From: Bacteroidaceae bacterium
GTDB lineage: Bacteria > Bacteroidota > Bacteroidia > Bacteroidales > Barnesiellaceae_A
Assembly: GCA_017935645.1 (NCBI GenBank)
Contig: JAGBHF010000090.1
Coordinates: 3,387-67,386 of the forward strand
Reading direction: 5' to 3'
DNA length: 64,000 bases
Shown: one piece after another, positions 25,001 through 36,079 of the stretch
How the letters are laid out: every line of letters starts with the position of its first letter
How positions within the stretch are numbered: the first letter of the stretch is position 1
The notes under the pieces: model-generated
What the model saw: only the letters and a program-made list of their open reading frames with translations
Database searches by the model: none
Told to the model about the DNA's origin: nothing
Translations under genes and position numbers: made by a program

Positions 25001-27094
25001 TTATTTCAAACCACGACCACGAATGAGAGCTTCGGGGTTGGGCTCAGCACCACGGAATTGGATGTAGAGCTTCATGGGGTCTTCGCTTGAACCGGCCTCA
25101 AGAATGTTGATGCGGAAAGCATCAGCTGTTGCCTTGTCGAAGATACCATTCTCAACAAATGCATCGAAAGCATCGGCATCGAGAACCTCAGCCCAGAGGT
25201 AGCTGTAGTAACCTACTTCATAACCACCTGAGAATACATGGTTGAAGTGCATGCTGCGGTAGCGGTAAGTAATCTCGGCGGGGAGACCAAGCTCGGCAGC
25301 AACTTTCTTCTCAAACTCGCGAGCGTCGAAGCCCTCGTAGTTATCCAACTCATGCATGCGCATATCGAGAAGAGCAGCAGCAACCAACTCGGTAGTAGCA
25401 AAACCTTGGTTGAAGCTTGAAGCACGCTCCATCTTAGCAATGAGTTCGTCGGGAATTACTTCGCCTGTCTCATAGTGATGAGCATACATCTTCAATACCT
25501 CGGGGTGAGTAGCCCAGTGCTCGGTGATTTGTGAAGGCAACTCAACGAAGTCGCGAGCTACGTTTGTACCGCTGATACCATAGTAGTCGACGCGAGTGAG
25601 CATGCCGTGCAAGCCGTGACCAAACTCGTGGAAGAGAGTCTCAACCTCGTCGAGAGTGAGCAAAGAGGGAGTCTCGGCTGTGGGTTTGGTAAAGTTACCA
25701 ACGTTGTAAACCAAAGGACGTACCTCGTTGCCATTGGCGTCAACATAAGACTCACGGAAGTTGCTCATCCATGCACCTGAACGCTTGCTTGCGCGGGGGA
25801 AGTAGTCACAGAAGAATACAGCAAGGTGCTTGCCTTCGGCATCAAACACCTCGTAAGTGCGTACTTCGGGGTGGTAAGAGGGAATATCGGTGCGCTCTTG
25901 GAAAGTGATACCATAGAGTTTCTCGGCTACCATGAATACACCATTGAGAACCTTATCGAGAGAGAAGTAGGGCTTCAACTCATCTTCGTTGAGAGCATAT
26001 TTCTCTTGACGTACCTTCTCGGCATAGTATGCATAGTCCCAAGGAGCAAGCTTGAAGTTACCACCTTCACGGTCGATAATCTTTTGCATATCGGCAATCT
26101 CCTCTTTGGCACGAGGCACAGCATATTTCCAGATGTTGAGCAAGAGGTCGTTTACAGCCTTGTCGGTCTTGGCCATACGATCGTCGAGAACGAAGTCAGC
26201 ATAAGTCTTGTAACCAAGGATTTGAGCCTTTTGCAAGCGCAATTCGAGGATGCGTTTGATGTTGGCCTTGTTATCGTTTTCGTTATCGTTATCACCACGC
26301 ATTACATAAGCAGTGTAGAGTTTCTCACGCAAGTCGCGGTTATCGGCATATTGCAAGAATGGTATACGGCTGGGAGCTGAGAGGTTGAACAACCAACCCT
26401 CTTTACCTTGAGCAGCAGCCTCTTCTTTGGCAGCAGCTATAGAACCGGCGGGAAGACCTGCGAGGTCGGCTTCATCGGTGATGAGAAGTTCAAAACCGTT
26501 GTTCTCGGCCAATACATTGTTACCAAAGCTGAGAGAGAGTGAAGACAACTCACAGTTGATACCGCGCAAAGTCTCTTTATCCTCGGCTGAGAGGAGAGCA
26601 CCTGAGCGAACAAAGCTGTTGTAGTATTTCTCCAAAAGACGCTCTTGAGCACGGTCGAGATTTTCGTTGGCACGATTGTCATAAACAGCTTTGATACGAT
26701 CAAAGAGAGCCTCATTGAGCATGATATCGTCGCCATGAGCAGTGAGCCTGGGAGTTACCTCGGCAGCGATATCGCGAAGGGTGTCGTTAGACATTGCCTC
26801 GGTGAACGAGAAGAATGTAAGCTCGACATTGCGCAAAAGCATACCACTCAAGTCGAGAGCCAAAATAGTATTCTCGAAAGTGGGAGCTTCGGGGTTATTT
26901 ACGATAGCCTCTATCTCGGCTTTTTGTTGCTTGATACCCTCTTCAAATGCGGGCATGTAGTGCTCGTTCTCGATTTGCTCAAAAGGAGGCACATCGAAGG
27001 GTGTGTTGTAAGCACTCAAGAACGGATTGCTTGATTGTTGTTGACATGCGGTCATCATAAGGCAGATGATTGCAGGTAAAAATAGACGTTTCAT
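25001..27094 (-). CDS. dcp: M3-family zinc metallopeptidase, peptidyl-dipeptidase Dcp-like lipoprotein
   Basis: Lipobox LMMTAC. HEFGHGLH zinc motif with a downstream E. 697 aa, the size and pattern of Dcp/oligopeptidase A. Confidence 0.85.
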   Translation of the reverse strand: MKRLFLPAIICLMMTACQQQSSNPFLSAYNTPFDVPPFEQIENEHYMPAFEEGIKQQKAEIEAIVNNPEAPTFENTILALDLSGMLLRNVELTFFSFTEAMSNDTLRDIAAEVTPRLTAHGDDIMLNEALFDRIKAVYDNRANENLDRAQERLLEKYYNSFVRSGALLSAEDKETLRGINCELSSLSLSFGNNVLAENNGFELLITDEADLAGLPAGSIAAAKEEAAAQGKEGWLFNLSAPSRIPFLQYADNRDLREKLYTAYVMRGDNDNENDNKANIKRILELRLQKAQILGYKTYADFVLDDRMAKTDKAVNDLLLNIWKYAVPRAKEEIADMQKIIDREGGNFKLAPWDYAYYAEKVRQEKYALNEDELKPYFSLDKVLNGVFMVAEKLYGITFQERTDIPSYHPEVRTYEVFDAEGKHLAVFFCDYFPRASKRSGAWMSNFRESYVDANGNEVRPLVYNVGNFTKPTAETPSLLTLDEVETLFHEFGHGLHGMLTRVDYYGISGTNVARDFVELPSQITEHWATHPEVLKMYAHHYETGEVIPDELIAKMERASSFNQGFATTELVAAALLDMRMHELDNYEGFDAREFEKKVAAELGLPAEITYRYRSMHFNHVFSGGYEVGYYSYLWAEVLDADAFDAFVENGIFDKATADAFRINILEAGSSEDPMKLYIQFRGAEPNPEALIRGRGLK

Positions 27095-27142
27095 TGATTA
27101 TTGATTTAAAAAATTAATATGTCTTGTGTTTTTCTTGCGATG

Positions 27143-27150
27143 CAAAAATA
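27143..27150 (-). promoter_or_regulatory. -7 promoter box TATTTTTG for dcp
   Basis: Exact TAnnTTTG match on the minus strand, 49 nt upstream of ATG 27094. Confidence 0.45.
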
Positions 27151-27215
27151 GATATTTTTGTAGACATACAACAATATTTAGCACAAAGAAATGTTATTAC
27201 AGCACTAATAATGTG

Positions 27216-28361
27216 TTATTTCCACTCAAATTCGGCATAAACAGGGTAGTGGTCGGACGAGCGTTTCTTTATGACATTGACATATCGAGCCTCCATATCA
27301 CCCTCGTACAAGAGGTAGTCGATGCGCACCCACATGCGATCGGCCATGTAAGTGTAGCCGGGTCCCGAGCCTAAATCGAGATAGGCATCACGACGATTTT
27401 GGGTAAGAATATGGTAAGAATATGAATTGGGAGTATCGTTAACATCGCCACACAAAATAATATTACCACCTATGCTACGAGCCAAGGAGTCAACAGCCTC
27501 AACCTGCAATGCTCGTTGCTGAAATGCATCAAGAAGTTTGTGAGTGAGTTGTTTGGCACCTCCTATCTTACCTTCGATACTATCGGGTTTGGTGGTCAAC
27601 TCGACATACAGGTCCTTGTCGTCCTTGGTAAATCCTATCGACTGGAGGTGATTGTTTATGATTGTCACCTTGCGACCCTCAATATCCACCTCATACACCG
27701 ATGTAAAGGCCGTCTTGCTATAGATAGTATCCGACAACAATCGAACAGGATATTTTGAAAGGATAGGCCCGCGACCTTTATGTATCTGATAGGGATAGAG
27801 TTTGTTGATTTGCTCAACCTGTTCGGCGGTGAATTTCAATCGCTTATTTACTTGAAATTGTGAATACGACTTCTCTTGAATAGCGACTATATCGGCATCG
27901 GCATTGATAATGTTTTGCAGTGTTCGATTATAATCTATTTTGTCGTTTAGCAACTCACCCTCAACGTCTACAAAATGGAAGGTATTGTAAGTAAGTATCG
28001 AAAAACCGGGACGATTGGTTACAAGGCGGTCATTACCCTTGTTGATAGGGAAATATTGTCGCATGGCCGGAAACGAAAGCAACAACGCCGCAAGCGACAC
28101 AAATATGTATCGTGGATATATTATCAACAGCAAGAGGAAAAAGAGTAGTGTTGACAGAGCAAAGACAGGAAATGCAAGCCCCAACAACGCCGGCAATGGA
28201 TGTACCTCGGGAGAGAGATACTCGACATAAGCCGCCGTTACAAGAGCCAACGACGATACAACAGACAGCACCAATACAAGAGAGGCAACTATCTTTCGCA
28301 GTGGATTAACCTGTTTTTTGCTCGATTTATCCCTACTCGATTTTTTAGTTCTTTTTGGCAT
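27216..28361 (-). CDS. Endonuclease/exonuclease/phosphatase (EEP) family protein with an N-terminal membrane region
   Basis: Lys-rich N-terminus plus about 3 TM helices. EEP motifs (ILTYNT, DIVAIQE, GDVND, SDHYPV). Confidence 0.75.
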   Translation of the reverse strand: MPKRTKKSSRDKSSKKQVNPLRKIVASLVLVLSVVSSLALVTAAYVEYLSPEVHPLPALLGLAFPVFALSTLLFFLLLLIIYPRYIFVSLAALLLSFPAMRQYFPINKGNDRLVTNRPGFSILTYNTFHFVDVEGELLNDKIDYNRTLQNIINADADIVAIQEKSYSQFQVNKRLKFTAEQVEQINKLYPYQIHKGRGPILSKYPVRLLSDTIYSKTAFTSVYEVDIEGRKVTIINNHLQSIGFTKDDKDLYVELTTKPDSIEGKIGGAKQLTHKLLDAFQQRALQVEAVDSLARSIGGNIILCGDVNDTPNSYSYHILTQNRRDAYLDLGSGPGYTYMADRMWVRIDYLLYEGDMEARYVNVIKKRSSDHYPVYAEFEWK

Positions 28362-29274
28362 CGAATAATCGTTGTTTTTCTTCGGTGGTAAGGGCTGTAT
28401 AACCCGATTTCTTCACCTTGTCAAGTATTTTATCAATCTCTTCGGCTTCTCTCTTTTTACGAGCGAGATACTCGCTATCACTTTCGGGACGCTTGTGAGT
28501 GTAAGATGTCTTTTTGTGCTCCGATGTATGAGTAAAAGGCTTCTTCTTGGCAGGACGGCGTATCTTGATATGAGGGCGATGACACAACGACACCAACTTA
28601 TCAAGGAGCCTGTTGATAGGGTGGAGTATATCCTTACCTTTGCTCCAATAAAGTGCAAATATCACACCCATCAGTGCTCCTCCAATGTGAGCAAAATGGC
28701 CTCCGGCATTGCTCGATGTCATACTCAGGAAGTCAATAAGAATTGTTACGAGAGCTATATACTTGAGCGATACAGTACCTATAAACATCAAGTTTATCTT
28801 GTAGTTGGGTGCTCGCAATGTCGTTGCAAAAACAATGGCCATGATAGAGGCCGAAGCTCCACACATCAGGCTCTCTTTTCCTGCGAAATAGGGAAAAACA
28901 TTGTACGAAATGAGGTACAGTGCCGCACCGGCCAAGCCACCCAACACATAGAGCACGCCGAGATGTTTTTGAGAAAAATATTGCATGAATATAGTACCAA
29001 ACCAATAGAGCCACATCATGTTGAAAAGGATGTGCCACAGGTCGTAGTGGACAAACATATAGGTAAAGAGAGTCCACACCCGGTAGGGCAATATATGCAG
29101 TGCCGAAGGCACCTCAATATACGACAACCATTGCATCGTGTCGATATTAAAGAGCATGAGCACCACCGACACCAAGTGAACGGCAACAAACACTGCAACA
29201 TTGATGTATATCAGTCGCTTAAGCGTAGGTGCGCTATCGAATTGATATTTAAGTCTATCAATAATACCCGCCAT
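28345..29274 (-). CDS. Rhomboid-family intramembrane serine protease
   Basis: GASASIMAI (catalytic Ser) and HIGGALMG (catalytic His) in a polytopic membrane protein. Basic C-terminal tail. Confidence 0.8.
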   Translation of the reverse strand: MAGIIDRLKYQFDSAPTLKRLIYINVAVFVAVHLVSVVLMLFNIDTMQWLSYIEVPSALHILPYRVWTLFTYMFVHYDLWHILFNMMWLYWFGTIFMQYFSQKHLGVLYVLGGLAGAALYLISYNVFPYFAGKESLMCGASASIMAIVFATTLRAPNYKINLMFIGTVSLKYIALVTILIDFLSMTSSNAGGHFAHIGGALMGVIFALYWSKGKDILHPINRLLDKLVSLCHRPHIKIRRPAKKKPFTHTSEHKKTSYTHKRPESDSEYLARKKREAEEIDKILDKVKKSGYTALTTEEKQRLFDAKKN

Positions 29275-29956
29275 TGCCTATTCCTTTTTTTCTCCAATAG
29301 AGTATGAGTAACACACCTACCAGCATACCCCCCAAGTGGGCAAAGTGTGCAATACCATCACTTGTAGCACTTACGCCCAAGAAGAGTTCTATAAGACCAT
29401 ATCCCAGCACAAACCATTTGGCCTTGATGGGAACAGGAATGAACATCAGATAGAGAGGCACATTGGGGAACATCATGCCAAAGGCCAACAAGATGCCAAA
29501 CACAGCACCCGATGCACCTATGGTAACAAGTCCGTTAAGTGCCATAGAGGCTTGTTGCCAACCATACACTTCGACTACCTGCGATATATATCCAGCATAT
29601 TCAATATACCATGCAGCCTCTTGTATGATACCTGCACCCAATCCGGTAGTAATGTAGTAAAACAAGAATCGCTTACCTCCCCACACCTGTTCGAGTGTAC
29701 GTCCGAACATATACACCGAGAACATATTGAAGAATACGTGCGCAAACGACGATGGGTCGTGCAGGAACATGTAGGTAATAAGTTGAGCAACATTGAATTT
29801 AGAAGCTCCGAAAAGGTGGAGTCCCATCCATTCAACAAGTCTATAACTACCGGTTTCGGGGTTGATACCGATAGCGATTGTGGCAAACCACATCAAAACA
29901 TTTATAATCAGCAGGTTCTTTGTAACCGGCGGGATTGAGTTGAAAAATGAACGCAT
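29258..29956 (-). CDS. Rhomboid-family intramembrane serine protease
   Basis: GASGAVFGIL and HLGGMLVG motifs, 6-7 TM helices. Confidence 0.85.
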   Translation of the reverse strand: MRSFFNSIPPVTKNLLIINVLMWFATIAIGINPETGSYRLVEWMGLHLFGASKFNVAQLITYMFLHDPSSFAHVFFNMFSVYMFGRTLEQVWGGKRFLFYYITTGLGAGIIQEAAWYIEYAGYISQVVEVYGWQQASMALNGLVTIGASGAVFGILLAFGMMFPNVPLYLMFIPVPIKAKWFVLGYGLIELFLGVSATSDGIAHFAHLGGMLVGVLLILYWRKKGIGNGGYY

Positions 29957-30022
29957 AGTATATCCTATTTATTAACAATGGGATAGAGGTCGTTTTGCAC
30001 CTCTATTCATTTTTTGGCAGTG

Positions 30023-30030
30023 CAAAGGTA
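30023..30030 (-). promoter_or_regulatory. -7 promoter box TACCTTTG for the rhomboid-rhomboid-EEP operon
   Basis: Exact TAnnTTTG match on the minus strand, 66 nt upstream of ATG 29956. Confidence 0.4.
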
Positions 30031-30243
30031 ATAAATAATTATCACCCTACTTGCTATTGTATGTTTTATTAATAAAAACCAAGGTTTTGTTGGCTTAAAT
30101 TTATTAAAATTAAGAACTCTCACAAGATAAAAACAACGTTGCCGACAAAATAGCTCTATACAATATGCCTATATTTATGAATTATTACGCATGGAAAGAG
30201 TTTTTTCATAGAGATAAAGGCATATATATCAGTACAAAATGAT

Positions 30244-30251
30244 TATCTTTG
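30244..30251 (+). promoter_or_regulatory. -7 promoter box TATCTTTG for argS
   Basis: Exact TAnnTTTG match, 25 nt upstream of ATG 30277. Confidence 0.55.
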
Positions 30252-30276
30252 CACGCTTATTATATATTATAGAAGT

Positions 30277-32070
30277 ATGAAGATAGAACAAATTATAGCA
30301 TCGGCTACAGCCAAGGCTGTGAAAACCCTCTATAACGTAGAGGCCGACACCAATAGCTGTATGCCGCAAAAGACAAAGAAAGAGTTTGAGGGCAACCTCA
30401 CAGTAGTAGTATTCCCCTTCCTGCGTGCATCGAAGAAAGCTCCCGAGGCAACAGCACAAGAGATAGGCGAATATCTTGTAGCCAATGAGCCTGCCGTGGC
30501 CGGTTTCAACGTAATCAAAGGTTTCTTGAACCTCGTTATAGCCCCCGCCTTCTGGGCCGGCATGCTACATGAGATAGAGAACGACCAACACTTTGGTATC
30601 ACTCAAGCCACCGACGAATCGCCCTTGGTAATGATTGAATACTCATCACCCAATACCAACAAACCATTGCACTTGGGTCACGTGCGCAACAACCTGTTGG
30701 GCTATAGCCTCTCGCGCATCATGGAAGCCAACGGCAATCGTGTAGTGAAGACCAATATCGTAAATGACCGTGGTATTCACATCTGCAAGTCGATGCTTGC
30801 ATGGCAAAAGTGGGGTAATGCAGTTACCCCCGAGAGCGCGGGTAAAAAAGGCGACCACTTGATTGGTGACTTCTATGTACTCTTCGACAAGCACTACAAA
30901 GCCGAGGTTGCGGCTCTCATGGAAGAGGGTAAGAGCAAAGAGGAGGCTGAAGCAGCATCGCCCCTCATGGCCGAGGCTCGCGAGATGTTGCGTCGTTGGG
31001 AAGCCGGCGACGAAGAGGTACGTGGCGTATGGCGCATGATGAACGAGTGGGTATATGCCGGTTTCGACGAGACATATCGTCGCATGGGTGTTGATTTCGA
31101 CAAGATTTATTACGAAAGTGAGACCTATCTCGAAGGTAAAGACAAGGTACTCGAAGGACTTGAAAAGGGCATCATGTATCGCAAAGAGGATGGCTCGGTA
31201 TGGGCCGACCTCACCGGCGAGGGACTCGACCACAAGTTGTTGTTGCGTAGCGACGGTACTTCGGTATATATGACACAAGATATAGGTACTGCCAAGTTGC
31301 GCTTTATCGACTATCCTATCGACAAGATGATATATGTAGTGGGTAATGAGCAAAACTACCACTTCCAAGTACTCTCTATCCTACTCGACAAGTTGGGCTT
31401 CAAGTGGGGCAAAGACCTTGTTCACTTCTCGTACGGTATGGTGGAACTTCCCGAAGGCAAGATGAAGAGCCGCGAAGGTACTGTAGTAGATGCCGACGAC
31501 TTGATGGATGAGATGGAAGCAACAGCTCGTGAAACATCGGCTGAACTGGGCAAACTCGATGGTTGCACAGCCGAGGAGGCCCGCGAAATATCGCGTATCG
31601 TAGGTTTGGGTGCGCTCAAGTACTTTATCCTCAAGGTCGATCCTCGCAAGAATATGACTTTCAACCCCAAAGAGAGTATCGACTTCAATGGCAATACAGG
31701 CCCCTTCATTCAATACACCTATGCCCGCATACGTTCGGTAATGCGCAAGGCAGCCGAAGCCGGCATAGAGTATGGCAAGATAGATATGACAAGTGTAGTT
31801 CCTGCCGAAAAAGAGATTGACCTCATTCAACGCTTGGCATCATATCCTGCCACAGTAGCCGAGGCCGGTCGCCTATATAGTCCTGCTCAAATTGCCAACT
31901 ATGTGTATGACCTTGTAAAAGAGTACAACCAATTCTACCACGACTTCTCGATACTGAAAGAGGAGAACGAGGCTGTACGTGCCTTCCGTTTGATGCTTTC
32001 GGCCAACGTTGCCAAAGTAATAGCTTCGGGCATGAGCCTCTTGGGTATCGATGTACCCGAACGCATGTAA
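30277..32070 (+). CDS. argS: Arginine--tRNA ligase
   Basis: Class I HIGH-type motif (SPNTNKPLHLGHVRN), MSTR-like KMKSREG, anticodon-binding DALR C-domain. 597 aa. Confidence 0.95.
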   Translation: MKIEQIIASATAKAVKTLYNVEADTNSCMPQKTKKEFEGNLTVVVFPFLRASKKAPEATAQEIGEYLVANEPAVAGFNVIKGFLNLVIAPAFWAGMLHEIENDQHFGITQATDESPLVMIEYSSPNTNKPLHLGHVRNNLLGYSLSRIMEANGNRVVKTNIVNDRGIHICKSMLAWQKWGNAVTPESAGKKGDHLIGDFYVLFDKHYKAEVAALMEEGKSKEEAEAASPLMAEAREMLRRWEAGDEEVRGVWRMMNEWVYAGFDETYRRMGVDFDKIYYESETYLEGKDKVLEGLEKGIMYRKEDGSVWADLTGEGLDHKLLLRSDGTSVYMTQDIGTAKLRFIDYPIDKMIYVVGNEQNYHFQVLSILLDKLGFKWGKDLVHFSYGMVELPEGKMKSREGTVVDADDLMDEMEATARETSAELGKLDGCTAEEAREISRIVGLGALKYFILKVDPRKNMTFNPKESIDFNGNTGPFIQYTYARIRSVMRKAAEAGIEYGKIDMTSVVPAEKEIDLIQRLASYPATVAEAGRLYSPAQIANYVYDLVKEYNQFYHDFSILKEENEAVRAFRLMLSANVAKVIASGMSLLGIDVPERM

Positions 32071-32103
32071 TTGTAAATAGTAAAAATCATAAAACAAAAG
32101 TAT

Positions 32104-33195
32104 ATGAAAAAAAGTCTTTTTCTCACCGCTCTCATTATGAGCGTTGTATTGGTAGCATGCAATAACAATAGCTACACAATTACAGGTACCATTGAAGGTG
32201 CAACCGATAGCACCGAAATTTATCTATTGGACTATAACGAAAACGCACCCATAGACACAGCAGTTATCATCAACGGTAAGTTTGCCTTCGAAGGCAACAC
32301 CGATAAGAGCCTCATGGCTATGGTTGCCAATATGGAGAACAATATGCCCGTAATCATCGAGCCGGGCTGCAATGTTGAGATAAACCTCAGCAATCAAGAG
32401 TTTGTCAAAGCCAACAAGATGAACAAAGACTTTGGCTTGTTCCTCGAGAGCTTCAACCAACTCAACGAGCGTTACATGGCCATCAGCGACAGCCTCATGG
32501 CTTTGATTGAAAGCGGCTCTCTTACAATGGATGAGGCTCAACCCATTTTCATGGAGAAGGTTGAAGGTATCGACCAACCCGTTATTGAAGTTATGGAAGA
32601 ACTCCTTGTTCGCCACAACAACGATATATTGGGTATTATGTTGCTCGAAACATACATCTCGACAGGTGCCGACGATGAGAAAATTGATGCTATCTTGGAA
32701 CAAATGGGCGACGTAGTGCTTACAAGTCCCAAAATTGCACCCGTTGTTGAGTCACGCAACAAGATGAAGGCTACAGCTACCGGTTCTCAATTTGTAGACT
32801 TTACCATCGAGCAAGAAGATGGTACAACAGTATCATTTAGCGACTATGTAGGTAAGGGCAAATATGTTTTGGTAGATTTCTGGGCTTCATGGTGCGGCCC
32901 TTGTCGCAAAGCTATCCCCGGCCTTATTGAGTTGTACAATGAGTACAACGCCAAGGGTCTGGAAATATTGGGCGTAGCCGTATGGGACAAACCTGCCAAC
33001 ACGCTCCAAGCTATTGAAGAAGAGAAAATGCCTTGGCCTCAAATCATCAATGCACAAGAAATTCCCACCGACATATACGGCATTACCGGTATACCTCACC
33101 TCATCTTCTTTGCACCCGACGGTACTATCGTTACTCGCGGATTGCCCACAGATGAGTTGTTTGATACTGTCAAAGCTGTTTTTGACCAAGAATAA
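32104..33195 (+). CDS. TlpA/AhpC-TSA family thiol:disulfide oxidoreductase lipoprotein (DUF4369-like N-domain)
   Basis: Lipobox LVACN. C-terminal thioredoxin fold with WASWCGPC. Confidence 0.8.
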   Translation: MKKSLFLTALIMSVVLVACNNNSYTITGTIEGATDSTEIYLLDYNENAPIDTAVIINGKFAFEGNTDKSLMAMVANMENNMPVIIEPGCNVEINLSNQEFVKANKMNKDFGLFLESFNQLNERYMAISDSLMALIESGSLTMDEAQPIFMEKVEGIDQPVIEVMEELLVRHNNDILGIMLLETYISTGADDEKIDAILEQMGDVVLTSPKIAPVVESRNKMKATATGSQFVDFTIEQEDGTTVSFSDYVGKGKYVLVDFWASWCGPCRKAIPGLIELYNEYNAKGLEILGVAVWDKPANTLQAIEEEKMPWPQIINAQEIPTDIYGITGIPHLIFFAPDGTIVTRGLPTDELFDTVKAVFDQE

Positions 33196-33212
33196 CCCCC
33201 TTTGCACTGGAT

Positions 33213-34349
33213 ATGAAGCATAAAAATATTCTTATCGCATCTTTGGCAACACTGTTGCTGGCTGCCTGTGGTGGTAACGACAATACCTGTAAGGTAGAGG
33301 CTGTGGTCGACAACATGCCTCAAGGCAAATTTTACTTGATTGACAAGATGACCAACGAGGTTGTCGACAGCGCATTTGTTGCCGATGGCGTTATCGTATA
33401 TACCCAAGCGGTCGACACAGCCTACGAAGCAGTAATTGTAGATGTTACCAACGTAGCACCCGGTGTACGATATAGCATCAACGACACCACCATTCATTTC
33501 GCCTTTATAGCCGAGCCCGGTGGTAACCTCAAAATCGACCTCAATAAAGGTGAGTTTATTGAAGCATCACCGCTCAATATCGATTATAAAACCTTCAGCA
33601 ATGCATATAAGGAGTTGAACAACCGTATTCAACAGTTGGACGACAGCCTTACACAGTTGATTGAAAACAAGACATTGAGCCTCGAAGATGCCGAGAATGC
33701 ATTCTACACCGAGCGCGACAATCTCAATGCCGAATATGTCGAGCAACTCGAAGCAATGCTTGCCACACACCCCAACGACATTGTGGGCGCGATCGTGCTC
33801 AACTCTTTCTTGTCGAAGTGCGACGATGACGAGCGCATCGATGCCACACTGGCTACCATGAGCGATTATGTAATGGAACACCCCGCCGTGAACAAACGCG
33901 TGCAACGTCGCATCAAGCTCAAGGAGACAGCCGAGGGTATGCCCTTCAAGGACTTCTCGGTTGAGCAAGAAGATGGCACTACCGTATCATTGAGCGACTA
34001 TGTAGGTAAAGGCAACTATGTGCTGGCCGACTTCTGGGCTTCATGGTGTCCTCCCTGCCGTAAGTCGATGCCTCTGCTGAAAGAACTCTACAACGAGTGT
34101 CACGATAAAGGTCTTGAAATATTGGGTCTTGCCACTCGCGATAAGGTAAAGGATAGCTTGCGTGCAATTGAAGAGGAACAAATGACTTGGCCTCAAATAT
34201 TGAGCGACAACAGCCCTGCCGCCGACACATACGGTGTCAATGGCATACCCCACCTCATTCTCTTTGCGCCCGATGGCACTATCGCATTGCGAGGCTATCC
34301 CGACGAGACTTTCCTTAACCAAGTAAAAGAATTGATTACCAAACAATAA
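33213..34349 (+). CDS. TlpA/AhpC-TSA family thiol:disulfide oxidoreductase lipoprotein (paralog of 32104..33195)
   Basis: Lipobox LLAACG, WASWCPPC, and colinear similarity to the upstream gene throughout. Confidence 0.8.
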   Translation: MKHKNILIASLATLLLAACGGNDNTCKVEAVVDNMPQGKFYLIDKMTNEVVDSAFVADGVIVYTQAVDTAYEAVIVDVTNVAPGVRYSINDTTIHFAFIAEPGGNLKIDLNKGEFIEASPLNIDYKTFSNAYKELNNRIQQLDDSLTQLIENKTLSLEDAENAFYTERDNLNAEYVEQLEAMLATHPNDIVGAIVLNSFLSKCDDDERIDATLATMSDYVMEHPAVNKRVQRRIKLKETAEGMPFKDFSVEQEDGTTVSLSDYVGKGNYVLADFWASWCPPCRKSMPLLKELYNECHDKGLEILGLATRDKVKDSLRAIEEEQMTWPQILSDNSPAADTYGVNGIPHLILFAPDGTIALRGYPDETFLNQVKELITKQ

Positions 34350-34361
34350 GATATATACGAT

Positions 34362-35834
34362 ATGGAAAATCCTTTGTTTATATACAATACGCTCAAGCGT
34401 AACAAAGTACCGTTTATTCCGCTCAATGCACCCCACGTGGGCATGTATGTGTGCGGTCCTACAGTATATGGCGATGGTCACTTAGGACATGCTCGTCCGG
34501 CCATTACATTCGATATATTATTCCGTTACCTCACCCACTTAGGCTACAAAGTACGTTACGTGCGCAACATTACCGACGTAGGTCACTTGGAGCACGATGC
34601 CGACGAGGGTGAAGATAAGATTGCCAAGAAAGCTCGCTTAGAGCGTCTTGAGCCTATGGAAGTAGTACAACACTACCTCAACCGCTACCACAAGGCTATG
34701 GAAGCGCTCAATGTATTGCCCCCCAGTATCGAGCCGCATGCTTCGGGCCACATCATTGAGCAGATAGAGTATATCAAGAAGATATTTGATGCCGGCTATG
34801 CCTATGAGAGCGAAGGCTCGGTATACTTCGATGTAGAGAAATACAATGCCGACCATCACTATGGCAAGTTGTCGGGTCGCAATATCGAGGAGTTGCTCAA
34901 TACCACACGCGACCTTGACGGACAGAGCGAGAAACGTCGCTCGTTCGACTTTGCATTGTGGAAGAAAGCCGCACCCGAACACATCATGCGTTGGCCCTCA
35001 CCATGGAGCGACGGCTTCCCCGGATGGCACCTCGAATGCTCGGCTATGGGTACAAAGTATCTGGGCGAGGAGTTTGACATCCACGGTGGTGGTATGGACT
35101 TGCTCTTCCCTCACCACGAGTGCGAGATAGCACAATCGGTAGCAGCACAAGGTCACGAAACTGTACGCTACTGGATGCACAACAATATGATAACCATCAA
35201 TGGACAAAAGATGGGTAAATCGCTCGGCAACTTCATCACACTCGATGAATTCTTCACCGGCAATCACCCCTTGTTGCAACAAGCCTACTCTCCCATGACC
35301 ATCCGTTTCTTTATCTTGCAAGCACACTATCGTAGCACGGTAGACTTCAGCAACGAGGCATTGCAAGCATCCGAGAAGGCTTATAACCGCCTGATGGAGG
35401 GCTGGAACAACTTGGCTAAAATCACTCCCTCAGCCACATCGACTATCGACGTAAAAGAGTTGCGCAACAAGTGCTACGAGGCCATGAACGACGACTTGTC
35501 TACCCCAATCGTCATCTCACACCTCTTCGACGGTGTACGCATCATCAATACCGTGTTGGCAGGCAACGCCACCCTGTCACAAGCCGACCTCGACGAGTTG
35601 CGCGAAACAATGCGTATGTTCATGTTCGACATCCTCGGTCTTGTCGAGAGCAAGCAAGCCGACAACAATGGCAACGAAGCCTATGCCAAGGCCATAGAGT
35701 TGCTCCTTGATATACGCCGTGATGCTAAGGCTCGCAAAGACTGGGCTACCAGCGACCTCATCCGCGACCGTTTGGGTGAAATAGGATTTGAGCTCAAGGA
35801 TACCAAGGAAGGTACTGAGTGGAAACTTAAATAA
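34362..35834 (+). CDS. cysS: Cysteine--tRNA ligase
   Basis: [18 protein letters not shown] (HIGH), KMGKSLGN (KMSKS), zinc-binding Cys/His pattern. 490 aa. Confidence 0.95.
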   Translation: MENPLFIYNTLKRNKVPFIPLNAPHVGMYVCGPTVYGDGHLGHARPAITFDILFRYLTHLGYKVRYVRNITDVGHLEHDADEGEDKIAKKARLERLEPMEVVQHYLNRYHKAMEALNVLPPSIEPHASGHIIEQIEYIKKIFDAGYAYESEGSVYFDVEKYNADHHYGKLSGRNIEELLNTTRDLDGQSEKRRSFDFALWKKAAPEHIMRWPSPWSDGFPGWHLECSAMGTKYLGEEFDIHGGGMDLLFPHHECEIAQSVAAQGHETVRYWMHNNMITINGQKMGKSLGNFITLDEFFTGNHPLLQQAYSPMTIRFFILQAHYRSTVDFSNEALQASEKAYNRLMEGWNNLAKITPSATSTIDVKELRNKCYEAMNDDLSTPIVISHLFDGVRIINTVLAGNATLSQADLDELRETMRMFMFDILGLVESKQADNNGNEAYAKAIELLLDIRRDAKARKDWATSDLIRDRLGEIGFELKDTKEGTEWKLK

Positions 35835-35865
35835 TAGCATCGTTACACATTATATTATATAATAT

Positions 35866-35906
35866 AGGAGGTTGTGTCAATAGACTTTGTCACAACCTCT
35901 TTTATA
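35866..35906 (+). terminator. Rho-independent terminator after cysS (GGAGGTTGTG-type hairpin)
   Basis: GAGGTTGTG / CACAACCTC stem followed by TTTTAT. Confidence 0.6.
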
Positions 35907-36079
35907 TTCCATTACCACAATTAAATGTCAAAAAAATTGTTAAAAAACACAAATTTTCAAAAATATGCAATAAAATATTGTATATTTACAAATTAATTAG
36001 CAAGACAATTTTGTTTTACAACGGGTGTTTTCTAAAAGAAAAAAGAACTTTATTAATTAACCTAAATAGTAATAAGATT

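Noticed and set aside
29982-30015. Hairpin ATAGAGGT...ACCTCTAT followed by a T-run on the + strand, in the rhomboid/argS divergent region
   Set aside because: It looks like a + strand terminator, but no + strand gene precedes it. It most likely lies in the 5' leader of the minus-strand rhomboid operon. There is insufficient evidence for an sRNA.
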